The notes beneath the pieces are model-generated. The model was given only the letters and a program-made list of their open reading frames with translations. It did not search any database and was not told the origin of the DNA. The position numbers were made by a program, and so were the translations under genes. Positions 1 to 10,281 of a stretch of DNA of 64,000 nucleotides are shown one piece after another. Position 1 is the stretch's first letter; each line of letters begins with the position of its first letter. The DNA is from Opitutales bacterium (lineage in GTDB: Bacteria; Verrucomicrobiota; Verrucomicrobiia; Opitutales; UBA953), in contig JBBAUZ010000001.1 of assembly GCA_040397965.1 (NCBI GenBank), positions 4,144 to 68,143 of the forward strand. The letters run 5' to 3'.

Positions 1-530
1 TGTTGGGAGAGGGAGCAGCCGATGGCGATGACCAGGGAGAAACCTGCGTTAGCGAAGGCCGAGAGAATATCGGGGAAGATATTTTGAGCGGAGGCGTAGA
101 TACTACCGTCGCGCAGTGCGCTGGTGAGGTGGAAGCCTGAGAAGAGAGCGGCGGCGAGGCCGATGAGTGGGGCGATTTTTCCGATGGTGGCGATGGTGCC
201 GAGGCGTCTTTCAAGAACGGGTAATTCCAGCAAGGCGGCTTCGATAGCGGCGGCGCGCATGGAGGCTTCGGATTGATTGGAACGAAGGAGGGCGGCTTTG
301 ACAACGCGTGGGATGGGTCCGGGAGATTCTTCGCAGGCGGTGAGAGCTTCGATGGGGCGACCCGCTTTCAAATTATTTTTTACGCCCTCGATGAAGTCGG
401 ATGAAAGAATTAAACCACGGTGGAGGAACATCGTGCGTTCGACGGCGAAGACGACGGCGATGAAGGCTAAAGCTAGGAGCACCCATACAAACGGTCCGGC
501 ATCGGCTGGAAAAGTGAAAGGGGAGTTCAT
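1..530 (-). CDS. MotA/TolQ/ExbB-family proton-channel protein (C-terminus lies beyond the left window edge)
   Basis: Not in the ORF track because it runs off the edge. My translation from the ATG at 528-530 (minus strand) gives MNSPFTFPADAGPFVWVLLALAFIAVVFAVERTMFLHRGLILSSDFIEGVKNNLKAGRPIEAL...GTIATIGKIAPLIGLAAALF... This has the N-terminal TM, soluble loop and paired C-terminal TM layout of ExbB/TolQ. Its ATG overlaps the TGA of the upstream TPR gene (ATGA at 527-530). Confidence 0.7.
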   Translation of the reverse strand, partial: MNSPFTFPADAGPFVWVLLALAFIAVVFAVERTMFLHRGLILSSDFIEGVKNNLKAGRPIEALTACEESPGPIPRVVKAALLRSNQSEASMRAAAIEAALLELPVLERRLGTIATIGKIAPLIGLAAALFSGFHLTSALRDGSIYASAQNIFPDILSAFANAGFSLVIAIGCSLSQ

Positions 531-3271
531 TGAGTAGATTTATTAGGGATGGCGCCGAGACTCGCAAGTTTGCTTTCTGCGGCCGTCTGGCCGGGGAGGC
601 GGGCTTCGCCTGTGGGGAGGTTGCGATTAAGCTCAGGTATCAGTCGATAAACTGCGATGGCTTCGGCTAAATCGTTCTCCTCTTCGTAGAAATTGCCGAG
701 GGACAAGATGGAACGGGCGATCCAGTTCCGTCCGTTGATGCCGTAGTTATTAATCGTGGCAGCTTTGGTGGAGCGAATATTGGATAGAATTTTAATAAAT
801 AAAGTACGGGCTTCGTTGCGGGTCGATTTCGCGTCGGTGGCGTTTTCTGCTTTGGCGCGTTCGAGTAAGGTGGTGGCGAGTTTATATTGTGCTTCGACGA
901 GGATGTCGGTGTCTTGTGCCCAGGAGGAGGCCACATTTTCGTAAGCGGCGGCGGCGAGGGCTACTTTCTGTCTGTCTAATTGACCGCTGCGATCGCGACG
1001 CAGTTCGGCGAGTCCAAAGAGACAATCCGCTTTGGCCATTTCGGCTTGATTGCGATTCGGGTGATCGGGCTTGGTGCGGATGATGGAATTTAAAACTAAG
1101 AGGGCGCGGTCGAAATCACCGAGTGTGCGTAATAATTCTGCGCGACGGAGGGCGACGCGGAAGAGGAGTGGGCTTTGTGGATAGCTCTCGTTTAACTTTT
1201 CGAACAGTTCGATGGCTTCTTTGATTTTGCTTTCACCTAATTCGACGGACTGTTGATTCGCTTCTTCGGCGGCTTCGTAGAGACCCAGTTCGACCATTTC
1301 ATTGAGGGCGACCTCTTGGCCTTCGAAAGTTTTTACCAGTTCGAGGAATCGGGCCTGGGCTTCGGCGTGTCGACCCAGCGATGAAAGGTATCTACCTTCT
1401 ACTAAGAATGAGGCGGCGGCGGCAGGGACTTTTCCGTATTTCTTACGGAGGTTTTCGAGTTCGACTAAGCCGACGGTGGAGCTACTACCCAGGGCGGTGC
1501 GGGCTTTGAGTAAGGCAATATGTCCGCGGAGGACGGGCGCGTTATTTTTGAGATCCGCTGGGGCGTCGGCTGGTAAGCGTTCGAGGCTGGCGGCGATTTC
1601 ATCGGCGAGTTTGGCGGCTTTTACATTATCTCGGTTAGCGAGGGTGATGAGTGCGCGTTGCCATTTGAATCGCAATTCGAAGTCGGTGGAAGTTTTGCTG
1701 ATGACTGGATTTAATCGTTCGAAAATTTGCAGGGCGACGTCGGGCTGATTCGCTTTACGGATATCTTCGAGCAAGCACCAGGTGGCTATCCAGATTTTGG
1801 TAGGCTCGATTTTTTTACTTTGAAAAGCCTGTTCGATGATTTCGGTAGCTTGGGTCCAGACTTTGAAGTCATCGCTCGAAGAAAGCAGAGATAAGACTCT
1901 TTGGTGGAAAGCGGTGTAGGCGATATCGGGTCCGGCTGTTTCGCTTTGAATCGTGGCGTAGGCTTTTTCGGCTAGATTAAAATCTTGGGCGAGGAATAGA
2001 CAGTCGGCGGAGACCATGCGCAGTACATCGCGAGGAATGCCTTCTTTGCCCTCGGCTAAAGTGTCGATGTACGAAGACGCTAAGCGATATGAGTTATCGC
2101 TCCAGGCGATGACGGCGAGGATGCGAGTGGCTTCGCGTACGAGGGGGCTGGCGGGAACTTGTTTAAGAAGTTCGGTGGCGGCCTGTCGGGCCTTCTCATT
2201 ATTTCCAGCCAGGTACATTAACTGAGCGCGGGCCAAATGAATCGTATCGAGCACGGACGGATCGCGTGGGCACTCGTAGGTCAGCTGTCCTTCGCGTTGT
2301 TTGGTGAGGAAGTCATAGACATCATTCGCGATGGAATTGAGGTCACCCGCTTTGGCTTCGTTGGCGGCGGCGACGAGAGATTGAATGGCGGTGATGCGGA
2401 GGCGGTCGTTCGATCTATTTTTGGCGGTGGACTTCAGGAACTTACGACCTTCGGCCGTATCTGCTCCAGAAATTAGACCGCAAAGAAGGTCGGCTTCAGA
2501 TTCTTGGGCATCGGTTAAGTTTTCTAAGCTCTTTAGGATTGCGAGGGCTTCGTTCTTTTTTTCCTGGCGGGCGAGGGCGAGGGCCAGGTTGCGTTGGTGG
2601 GCGAAAGTGAATTCCGGATTTTTATTATTCTTAACAATATCGCGGAGGGCGTTGACGGCGCTGTCATTGATTTTTCCGCTGATGACGGAGGCGCGGTAGC
2701 AGAGGGCGAGAATTCTTTGGCGTTGTTCTTCGGAGAGGGCGTTTTGGGTGGCGAAGTTTAGTTGGGCGTTGAAATTATCGGTATCGAATTTCGCGTTGGC
2801 GATGAGTGCTTTGAGGGTGTAGAGCCAAGGCAGTTCGGCGGGTGAAGCCGAAGCGACGGTCATTTTGTCGGAGATCTCAGTGGCGGTGATTAAGTCATTT
2901 TCTAAAAAAGCTACTAATCCGGTGAGGAGACTTTTACTGGGTGAGTCGGGAATATTTTTGAGAGCCGCTTTGGCTTCGGTGCTCTTATTCCGTTCAATCA
3001 GGCTTGTCGCTAGCCCCAGTTGAGCAGCGTTCTTTTCTTCGGCGGTTGAATTTTTACTCTGAATTACTTCGGTGAAAAGTTGAGCGGCGCTGGAGGAAAG
3101 TCCGGCCTCTTGGGCTTGTTGGGCTAATTGCAGTAAGCTACGTTCGCGGGCGCCGGGGATTGATTTGTCATCTACGGAGGACAAAATTGGAACTGGAATA
3201 TCTTGGGCGACTAGGACGCTGAACGACAGACTCAGTAGTCGAACAGCGGTGACTAGTGTGTGGCGCAACAT
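527..3271 (-). CDS. Large secreted tetratricopeptide-repeat (TPR-like) protein
   Basis: 914-aa ORF with a hydrophobic signal-like N-terminus (LVTAVRLLSLSFSVLVAQD). The remainder is Ala/Leu-rich helical repeats. No catalytic motif recognised. Translationally coupled to the exbB-like gene. Confidence 0.7.
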   Translation of the reverse strand: MLRHTLVTAVRLLSLSFSVLVAQDIPVPILSSVDDKSIPGARERSLLQLAQQAQEAGLSSSAAQLFTEVIQSKNSTAEEKNAAQLGLATSLIERNKSTEAKAALKNIPDSPSKSLLTGLVAFLENDLITATEISDKMTVASASPAELPWLYTLKALIANAKFDTDNFNAQLNFATQNALSEEQRQRILALCYRASVISGKINDSAVNALRDIVKNNKNPEFTFAHQRNLALALARQEKKNEALAILKSLENLTDAQESEADLLCGLISGADTAEGRKFLKSTAKNRSNDRLRITAIQSLVAAANEAKAGDLNSIANDVYDFLTKQREGQLTYECPRDPSVLDTIHLARAQLMYLAGNNEKARQAATELLKQVPASPLVREATRILAVIAWSDNSYRLASSYIDTLAEGKEGIPRDVLRMVSADCLFLAQDFNLAEKAYATIQSETAGPDIAYTAFHQRVLSLLSSSDDFKVWTQATEIIEQAFQSKKIEPTKIWIATWCLLEDIRKANQPDVALQIFERLNPVISKTSTDFELRFKWQRALITLANRDNVKAAKLADEIAASLERLPADAPADLKNNAPVLRGHIALLKARTALGSSSTVGLVELENLRKKYGKVPAAAASFLVEGRYLSSLGRHAEAQARFLELVKTFEGQEVALNEMVELGLYEAAEEANQQSVELGESKIKEAIELFEKLNESYPQSPLLFRVALRRAELLRTLGDFDRALLVLNSIIRTKPDHPNRNQAEMAKADCLFGLAELRRDRSGQLDRQKVALAAAAYENVASSWAQDTDILVEAQYKLATTLLERAKAENATDAKSTRNEARTLFIKILSNIRSTKAATINNYGINGRNWIARSILSLGNFYEEENDLAEAIAVYRLIPELNRNLPTGEARLPGQTAAESKLASLGAIPNKSTQ

Positions 3272-3326
3272 GCCTTCGAAGTGTGGCGAAGGAGTCCGCT
3301 GCGGGCAAGAGGCGAGTGAGAGGGTC

Positions 3327-4547
3327 TTACGCCTTCTTATCTAGGCCAAAAGCCGTGTGAACGGCACGGACGGCGGCGTCAGCTTTCGCGGGCTCAACGG
3401 CGACAGAAATCTTAATTTCGGACGTGGTGATCAGTTCGCTATTAACACCGACGGAGGCGAGGGCTTTGAAGAGTGTGCCAGCGACGCCGGGGTGGGAGAT
3501 CATACCGACGCCGACGATGGAAAGTTTGGAAATTTCGCCGGCGGAGCGCACGGTGCCGGAGCCTAATTTCTTGAGTGTTTGTCCGATAACTTTTTCAACG
3601 CGGACGAATTGGTCGGTGCTGACGGAGAAGGTGAGGTTGGACTTACCATCTTTGCCGAGATTCTTGATGATCATGTCGACGCTCAGTCCGGATTCACCGA
3701 GGTCATCGAAGAGGGTGGCGAAGGCCGCTGGGTTGTCGGGCAGGTCATTGACCGTGACGCGCGTTTGGAGTCGGTCGAGGGCGACGCCAGCGATGGCTGC
3801 GTCTTCAAGGGTTTTGTCGATAGCTTTCACGAGTGTGCCGGGTTGGTCATTAAATGAAGAACGAACTTCAAAGGGAACATTATATTTTTGGGCGAATTCG
3901 ACGGAGCGAGATTGCATGACCTTGGAACCACTGGAGGCAAGTTCAAGCATTTCCTCGTAGGAAATCTCGTGCATTTTTTTCGCGGATAAAACGATGCGAG
4001 GGTCGGCGGTGTAGACGCCGTCGACGTCGGTATAAATTTGGCAGACGTCGGCTTTGATGGAAGCGGCGACGGCGATGGCCGTGAGATCCGAGCCGCCGCG
4101 ACCGAGGGTGGTGACTTGGCCTTGGGGGGTGACACCTTGGAATCCGGCGACGATGACGACTTTACCTTCTTCGAGGCGTTCGGCGATATCTCCGCCGGTG
4201 ATTTGGGTGATACGTGCGCGGGTGTGAACGCCGTCGGTGATAATTCCGGCTTGGGCACCGGTGCGAGAGACTGCGGGTACGCCGATGGCGTGAAGGGCGA
4301 TGACTGTGAGGGCGATCGTTTCTTGTTCACCAACGGCCATTAAGACGTCCATCTCACGTTCGTCGGGTAGAGGCATCAACGCTTTGGCGCGTCCGATCAA
4401 TTCATTGGTGACGCCGCTGCGGGCGGAAACCACGACAACCAATTTATGTCCTTTGGACCACTGTTCTTTAATTTTGGCCGCGACGTTTTGAATGCGATCC
4501 ACATTACCGACGGAAGTACCGCCGTATTTTTGAACAATCAGTGCCAT
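3327..4547 (-). CDS. lysC: Aspartate kinase
   Basis: 406 aa. Has the [15 protein letters not shown]-terminus typical of aspartokinases, an amino-acid kinase core and a C-terminal ACT-like tandem. Sits 6 nt downstream of hom. Confidence 0.93.
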   Translation of the reverse strand: MALIVQKYGGTSVGNVDRIQNVAAKIKEQWSKGHKLVVVVSARSGVTNELIGRAKALMPLPDEREMDVLMAVGEQETIALTVIALHAIGVPAVSRTGAQAGIITDGVHTRARITQITGGDIAERLEEGKVVIVAGFQGVTPQGQVTTLGRGGSDLTAIAVAASIKADVCQIYTDVDGVYTADPRIVLSAKKMHEISYEEMLELASSGSKVMQSRSVEFAQKYNVPFEVRSSFNDQPGTLVKAIDKTLEDAAIAGVALDRLQTRVTVNDLPDNPAAFATLFDDLGESGLSVDMIIKNLGKDGKSNLTFSVSTDQFVRVEKVIGQTLKKLGSGTVRSAGEISKLSIVGVGMISHPGVAGTLFKALASVGVNSELITTSEIKISVAVEPAKADAAVRAVHTAFGLDKKA

Positions 4548-4553
4548 CCGAAA

Positions 4554-5885
4554 TTACGATTCAGGGTTGAAGATGCGAAGAAGGAAAGGCTCTTCGAGAA
4601 CGGTTTTTAAGCGGCGTAATTCTTTGAGCACGGCGTCCATCTTTCGTTCGCTGACGGGATAAGTAGAGAGAGTGACCGTGCCGCGACCCTTGTGAGGGTG
4701 TTCGTATTGGATCACGCGAGCGATGGAAACTTTGTGTTTGGAGAAAACTCGGTAGACGCCTTCGGAAACGCCGGCCTTATCGAGTAAGGAAAGACGGAGG
4801 TAGAAGGGGGAGATGATTTCATCGAGGTCACCCATGCGAACTTTGAGTCCCTGTTTTTCGCGGGCGATTAAATCGTCGCCTGAGAGACCCTGTTTGGAAT
4901 TACCCGTGAGGGCGGCGATGGCATCGACGATATCACCGATGACTGCGGAAGCTGTGGCGTCGCCACCGGCGCCGCGACCGGCGAGGGTGGTGGCACCGAC
5001 GACGTCACCGCGGAGGGTGATGCCGTTGTTGACGCCGGAAACGCGAGCGAGGATGTCGCGATTAGGAACGAGTGCGGGGTAGACTCCGACGGTCATCCAA
5101 TTCTTTTTAAAGTTACGTTGGATGACTGCTAAATGTTTTAGTGCGAAGCCGAAGCGGCGAGCGAAGTCGATATCAGCCGGGCCGATGTTGCGGATGCCTT
5201 CAACGAGGGTGCGATTGGCGGGGGCCCATTTTCCGTGGGCGAGCCAGGCGAGGATGGAGGCTTTATGCCAAGCATCGATGCCGTCGACGTCGAGCGTTGG
5301 ATCTGCTTCAGCGTAACCCAGTTCTTGAGCTTCTTTAAGAGCGTCAGCAAAAGACAAACCATCTTCACCCATGCGAGTGAGGATGTGATTACAAGTGCCG
5401 TTGAGGATACCGACGATCAGTTCGAAACGATTAGCGGCGAGGCCTTCACGGATGGCTTTGATGATGGGGATGCCGCCGGCGACGCTGGCTTCGAAGAGGA
5501 ATTGTCCGCCATGTTTACGTACGGCTTTGAAAATTTCGGGACCATATCCGCAGAGCAGGGCTTTATTGGCGGAGACAACGACCTTGCCTTGATTGAGGGC
5601 GCGGAGGGTGAATTCTTTGGCTTTGGTGGTTCCGCCGATTAGTTCGCAGACGACGTGAATATTTGGGTCATCGATAACCTCGTGGGCGTTCTTCGTAATT
5701 TTGCTTTTGGAAATTTTGATAGCGCGGGATTTTTTAGGATCACGGAGGGCGACTTTACGTAAGTCGATTTTTACACCGAGACGTGATTCTAAATCTGATT
5801 TCTTGTCAGTTAGATGCTTCCAGACGCCTTGGCCGACCGTGCCAAAACCGAGAATGCCGATGCCGATAGTGCGTGGAGCTGACAT
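4554..5885 (-). CDS. hom: Homoserine dehydrogenase
   Basis: 443 aa. Rossmann motif GILGFGTVGQG at the N-terminus, a homoserine dehydrogenase core, and a C-terminal ACT-like regulatory domain. Confidence 0.9.
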   Translation of the reverse strand: MSAPRTIGIGILGFGTVGQGVWKHLTDKKSDLESRLGVKIDLRKVALRDPKKSRAIKISKSKITKNAHEVIDDPNIHVVCELIGGTTKAKEFTLRALNQGKVVVSANKALLCGYGPEIFKAVRKHGGQFLFEASVAGGIPIIKAIREGLAANRFELIVGILNGTCNHILTRMGEDGLSFADALKEAQELGYAEADPTLDVDGIDAWHKASILAWLAHGKWAPANRTLVEGIRNIGPADIDFARRFGFALKHLAVIQRNFKKNWMTVGVYPALVPNRDILARVSGVNNGITLRGDVVGATTLAGRGAGGDATASAVIGDIVDAIAALTGNSKQGLSGDDLIAREKQGLKVRMGDLDEIISPFYLRLSLLDKAGVSEGVYRVFSKHKVSIARVIQYEHPHKGRGTVTLSTYPVSERKMDAVLKELRRLKTVLEEPFLLRIFNPES

Positions 5886-5888
5886 AAA

Positions 5889-6551
5889 TTATACTTTGCT
5901 ATTATCGAAACGCCTTTCAGTTCCTTGGCGTAGACGCTGGATATTGTCGCGGTGGGTCCAGATGTTGAAGACGGCAATAATCGCTGCGAAGATGATTTCA
6001 GATTTCGTGCCGCCGGTTAAAAAACAGCCAAGCGGTAGCGAAATACCTAGGGACATCGAAGCGACGGAAACGTACCTTGTGATATAAAAGGCGATGACCC
6101 AAACGACGAGACCGATTACAATGGGCCAAGGTAAGATAATGGCTAATCCGCCGATGGTGGCGGCGACACCCTTGCCACCTTTGAAGCGAAGGAAGATTGA
6201 GTAACAATGTCCGATGATGGTCGCGACGAACGAAGTGATAAAAATTGTATCAACAGTGAATGCGGAATTAAAAACATCGGTATTACCGGACCATTGATTG
6301 TTGATGCCCCAGATAAAGAAAAGAGGTAGGAAGGTGCCGAGGGCGCCTTTGAAGACATCGAGACCGAAGACTAAATTGCCGGCGGCTTTACCGAGTACAC
6401 GTTTTACATTGGTTGCTCCGGGGTTTCCGGAGCCTTCGATGAGAATATTGACGCCGTTACTTTTGGCGACGAGTACGGCGAAATTAATAGATCCGACGAG
6501 GTATCCGGTCAGAAGACATAAGCTAAACTCTGTAATCTGTTGGGTACTCAT
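5889..6551 (-). CDS. plsY: Glycerol-3-phosphate acyltransferase PlsY
   Basis: 220-aa polytopic membrane protein with the GSGNPGATNV motif characteristic of PlsY. Confidence 0.9.
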   Translation of the reverse strand: MSTQQITEFSLCLLTGYLVGSINFAVLVAKSNGVNILIEGSGNPGATNVKRVLGKAAGNLVFGLDVFKGALGTFLPLFFIWGINNQWSGNTDVFNSAFTVDTIFITSFVATIIGHCYSIFLRFKGGKGVAATIGGLAIILPWPIVIGLVVWVIAFYITRYVSVASMSLGISLPLGCFLTGGTKSEIIFAAIIAVFNIWTHRDNIQRLRQGTERRFDNSKV

Positions 6552-6557
6552 AAATGT

Positions 6558-8147
6558 TTAAGCGTCGATTAATTGCACTCGCACAATGGCGGAGTTCTTT
6601 TGGATTTCGCTGAGGGTTGCCGCGGATGGAGCGGTGTCTAATTGATAAACCGCGAGAGCGTTGGTACCGCCCGTGCGACTCAGGGCCATGTTCGCGATAT
6701 TTACTTTCTCCTTCGAGAGGATGGTACCGAGAGCGCCGATGATGCCGGGCTGATCTTGGTTTTCGATTAAAAGTAATTTACCTTCCGGAACGAACTCGAG
6801 TGTGCGACCGTTGATGGAAACGATGCGAGGGGATTGAGCTTTGCCCAAGACGGTACCAGCGATGGAAACAGATTTGCCACCTGCTAAAACAGCTTCGACG
6901 TGGATGAGTTCTTTGTAGTCAGCCTCAGCCGAGGAACGGATGCTTTGTACTTCAACACCGAGAGCCTTTAATTTGCTGGGGGCGTTTACGTCATTCACGC
7001 CTTCAACGATACCACGGAGGTAACCGCGTTGGATGGAGCGAGAAATGGCACCGGCACCTTGTTCGGAGCCAGTACCAAAGGTGGTGAGACGGATTGATTC
7101 GATGCGACCAGGGGAAGCGAGTTGACGAACAATCGCGCCGAGTTTTTCAGCGAGCGAAAGGAAAGGACGGATGGTGCTGAGGGTTTGTGAATCAACCGAA
7201 GGAAGGTTAACAGCGTTTGCAGGGGAGCCGCCGTTTAAAACTGCGATGGCAGCTTCTGCGACTTCGAGGCCGACATTTTCTTGAGCTTCGGCGGTGGATG
7301 CGCCCAAGTGTGGGGAGAGGTGTGCTTTAGGAAGTGTACGGAGGACGTGGTCTTTAACTAAAGGCTCTTCGACGAAGACATCGAAACCACAACCACCGCA
7401 TTGGCCGGATTGGAGAGCGGCGGCGAGCGCTGCTTCGTCGACAATTCCACCGCGTGCGCAGTTTACGATCTTAACACCCTTTTTCATTTTGGTGAAAGCG
7501 GCTGCGTTGACCATGCCTTCGGTTTGAGGCGTGAGAGGCATGTGGACGGTGATGTAATCCGAGACGGCGAAAACTTCGTCGAGCGTCGACATATGGACGC
7601 CGAGAGATTTAGCGCGAGCTTCGGTGAGGTAAGGGTCGTACGCGTAAACCTTCATACCAAAAGCGATAGCGCGTTTGGCGACTTCGGCGCCGATGCGACC
7701 GAGTCCTAAGATGCCCAAGTTCTTGCTGAATAATTCGGTACCGGAAAGAGTTTTACGATCCCATTTACCTTCGCGCATTGATTGAACTGCTTCGGGAACG
7801 GGACGAGCGAGGGAGAGAAGGTGAGAGAAAGTCAGTTCCGCAGTGGCCACGGTGTTGCCTGAGGGAGTGTTCATGACGATGACACCACGTTCGGTGGCAG
7901 CATCCACGTCGATATTGTCGACGCCTACGCCGGCGCGACCGACGCAGACAAGTTTCTGTGCGGCGTTGAGTACTTCGCGGGTGATCTGGGTCTCGGAACG
8001 GACTAAAATCGCGTGCACATCTTTAACCAATTCGAGCACCTTTTCGGGTGATGAACCGTAGGCTTCAACGACCTCATAGCCGGCTTGGGCTTTGAGGAGG
8101 GCGACCCCAGTGGGTGAAATTTTATCAGCGACGAGTACCTTTGGCAT
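6558..8147 (-). CDS. serA: D-3-phosphoglycerate dehydrogenase (long form with ASB and ACT domains)
   Basis: The ORF-track frame extends to 8192. I set the start at the ATG at 8145-8147 (MPKVLVADKISP...), the usual SerA N-terminus. Has the NAD motif GLGRIG and a C-terminal ACT region. Confidence 0.9.
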   Translation of the reverse strand: MPKVLVADKISPTGVALLKAQAGYEVVEAYGSSPEKVLELVKDVHAILVRSETQITREVLNAAQKLVCVGRAGVGVDNIDVDAATERGVIVMNTPSGNTVATAELTFSHLLSLARPVPEAVQSMREGKWDRKTLSGTELFSKNLGILGLGRIGAEVAKRAIAFGMKVYAYDPYLTEARAKSLGVHMSTLDEVFAVSDYITVHMPLTPQTEGMVNAAAFTKMKKGVKIVNCARGGIVDEAALAAALQSGQCGGCGFDVFVEEPLVKDHVLRTLPKAHLSPHLGASTAEAQENVGLEVAEAAIAVLNGGSPANAVNLPSVDSQTLSTIRPFLSLAEKLGAIVRQLASPGRIESIRLTTFGTGSEQGAGAISRSIQRGYLRGIVEGVNDVNAPSKLKALGVEVQSIRSSAEADYKELIHVEAVLAGGKSVSIAGTVLGKAQSPRIVSINGRTLEFVPEGKLLLIENQDQPGIIGALGTILSKEKVNIANMALSRTGGTNALAVYQLDTAPSAATLSEIQKNSAIVRVQLIDA

Positions 8148-8226
8148 AGAGTGTAGGATTTGAGACAGAAAACGACCCCTTTGGCAAGGCAAGGCAGATA
8201 CCCTAAACTATTGTCATAAAGGGGGT

Positions 8227-10278
8227 TCAGAGCCTGCGATGGGCATAATCTGCCAAATCATAGCAATCGGGGCTCATTTCCTCGATAAATCGGCACGGGT
8301 CGAGTGGTCGGTAACCATCGCCGGATGTTGTAAAACGTGGGGCAAAAAGATACAAAAGATTTTCGGCACGTGTGCAGGCTACGTAAAAGAGTCTGCGCTC
8401 TTCTTCGACGTCACCTTCATCGATCGCGCGGGTTAATGGGAGGAGTCCATCGGCCACACCAATTAAAAAAACAATCGGGAACTCCAGACCTTTGGATTGG
8501 TGGATGGTCGTGAGCTTCAGCATATCTTCATCGGGCTCAGGTTTTTTATCGGAAGTTTCGCCATTCATTAAAACCACTTGGGCGATTAAATCTCCGAGGT
8601 CGGTAAACTTTGAGGCGAAGCCGATGAGTCCGGTTAGATCTTGTTCGCGATCTTTCCAGTCGGGAAAAAGAGTTTTCATGTGTGTCTCGTACCAACCCTC
8701 GATGCAGACGCGTACGGTCTCGGCGGGAGTGCGTGAAATTTTTTCCTCACGTTTTTCTCGGGCGTTGGTAAATAAATCGGTTGAGGGATTTACGGGCGCG
8801 GGTTTCTGCTGAGCATTTTCGATACCTTCGAGCATGTCCTCGAGGGTGATGGTTAAATCATTGAAGTCATCTTTGGCGACGTCGGTCACCTTTTTGAGAA
8901 CAGCGGGGTCGCGCAGGGCACGGACGAGGCCACGGCGCTGGGTGGCCTCTACTTCATGGGCGGCTTTAATGATTTTATCTGCGCCGATAGGGCCGATTTT
9001 AGGCAATAGGCACAGTATTCTTGAGAGGGCGACGGTGTCGTTTGGATTATGGATAAACCTTAGGTGAGCTAGGATATCTTTGACGTGGATTAGATCGAAG
9101 AACTTATGTCCGCTCGTGATGACGAAGGGGATGCCGAGGGCGTTCAGTTCCATTTGCAACTCGATAGACTGATAGTGGGCGCGGTATAAAATATGAATGT
9201 CGGACAAGGCATGACCCTCTTGGTGGAGCTGTTGAATTTTACGTCCGACCAGTTTCGCTTGTTGAGAAGTGTCGCCTATATTGAACAACGTGGGCGCTAG
9301 GCCGCGTCCGCGTACTGCTTTAAGTTTTCTCTCAAAGCCATCGACACTGGGACGGTGAGCGAGAATCTCATTTGCAAAGGAAAGAATTTCGGGAGTGGAG
9401 CGATAATTAATATCGATCGTATGAATCTGGGTGCCGGGGTGACGTTGGGGGAAGGTCACGATATTTTCCCAGTCAGCACCGCGCCAGGTGTAGATACATT
9501 GGGCGTCATCCCCGACGGCCATGATTTGATGTTCCGATGCTAAGAGGTCGATGATCTTACTTTGGAGTCGATTGGTATCTTGAAACTCATCGACTAGAAG
9601 ATGTTGAAAACGTTGGCGATAATGAGCGAGGGCGGTGGGATCTTTCTCTAATACCTGGAGCCAGAGAACTAAGAGGTCGTCGAAATCACAGACGTTGCGC
9701 GACTTTTTGGCTGCTTCGTAGGCTTCGCAGAATTTGATTAATTTTTCGGGTCCACCTTTCATCCAGTCCAATCGCTCGCGCATGACATCGACGACTGGTC
9801 GGAGTGTATTACGGGCGTGGGAATACGCATCGAGGATGACGGGTGCTTTCGGATTCGTTTTGTCTTTGATAAATGCGCCGTCGATTTCTTTGATGATTCC
9901 GGAAAAAAGCTGTTCGGATTCTTTTTGGTCGAGGATGGTGAAGTCGGGACTACGTTCGGCCACTTGGGCGTTACGTCGCAGGATGCGTTGGGCGATGGAG
10001 TGGAAGGTGCCGCCCCAGAACTGTCCGCGTGGAACGCCGGTGAGATCCTCGACGCGCTCGAGCATTTCCTTGGCGGATTTATTGGTGAAAGTGAGGAGGA
10101 GGATGTCCCAGGGTTTGGTACCTTGGTGGAGGAGCCAGGCGACGCGGTAGGTGAGGGTGCGAGTTTTTCCGGAGCCGGCACCGGCAAGGACGAGTGCGGG
10201 TCCACGGGGTGAGGTGACGGCGGCGTATTGAGCCTCGTTCAGTTCAGCTTTAAAGTCGACAGGAGGATAACCTTGCAC
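8227..10278 (-). CDS. UvrD/PcrA/Rep-family SF1 ATP-dependent DNA helicase
   Basis: 683 aa with a GTG start. Walker A AGAGSGKT, motif II LLVDEFQDTN, TIHQSKGLEF and YVACTRA (motif VI). Confidence 0.9.
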   Translation of the reverse strand: MQGYPPVDFKAELNEAQYAAVTSPRGPALVLAGAGSGKTRTLTYRVAWLLHQGTKPWDILLLTFTNKSAKEMLERVEDLTGVPRGQFWGGTFHSIAQRILRRNAQVAERSPDFTILDQKESEQLFSGIIKEIDGAFIKDKTNPKAPVILDAYSHARNTLRPVVDVMRERLDWMKGGPEKLIKFCEAYEAAKKSRNVCDFDDLLVLWLQVLEKDPTALAHYRQRFQHLLVDEFQDTNRLQSKIIDLLASEHQIMAVGDDAQCIYTWRGADWENIVTFPQRHPGTQIHTIDINYRSTPEILSFANEILAHRPSVDGFERKLKAVRGRGLAPTLFNIGDTSQQAKLVGRKIQQLHQEGHALSDIHILYRAHYQSIELQMELNALGIPFVITSGHKFFDLIHVKDILAHLRFIHNPNDTVALSRILCLLPKIGPIGADKIIKAAHEVEATQRRGLVRALRDPAVLKKVTDVAKDDFNDLTITLEDMLEGIENAQQKPAPVNPSTDLFTNAREKREEKISRTPAETVRVCIEGWYETHMKTLFPDWKDREQDLTGLIGFASKFTDLGDLIAQVVLMNGETSDKKPEPDEDMLKLTTIHQSKGLEFPIVFLIGVADGLLPLTRAIDEGDVEEERRLFYVACTRAENLLYLFAPRFTTSGDGYRPLDPCRFIEEMSPDCYDLADYAHRRL

Positions 10279-10281
10279 GGC

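Noticed and set aside
277-567. ORF-track entries 277..537(+) and 373..567(-) at the left edge.
   Set aside because: Both lie inside, or overlap, the much better supported exbB-like frame (1..530, minus) and the end of the TPR gene. Their Arg/Pro/Ala-rich translations are typical of off-frame reading.
3273-3292. Hairpin CCTTCG-N8-CGAAGG between lysC and the TPR gene, considered as an intrinsic terminator.
   Set aside because: On the transcribed (minus) strand it is followed directly by the ATG of the TPR gene and not by a U-run. The stem is only 6 bp. At most it modulates translation initiation.
3424-3960. Long antisense or off-frame ORFs within well-supported genes, including 3424..3960(+), 1302..1748(+), 33055..33636(+), 33612..34109(+), 51329..51913(+) and 9759..10205(-).
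   Set aside because: Each is fully embedded opposite to, or out of frame with, a gene that has clear family motifs (lysC, TPR, cysNC, ccsBA, helicase). Their Arg/Ser/Pro/Ala-rich, low-complexity translations fit shadow ORFs in moderately GC-rich DNA.
8148-8192. N-terminal extensions implied by the longest-ORF starts in the track: serA 8192, oppF-like 15431, yhcH-like 49473, cobA 38009, porin 12010 and the kinase-like gene 26687.
   Set aside because: In each case an internal ATG reproduces the canonical family N-terminus and removes a long overlap with the upstream gene or an AT-rich non-coding-looking stretch. The extensions have atypical composition. The starts remain unverified experimentally.
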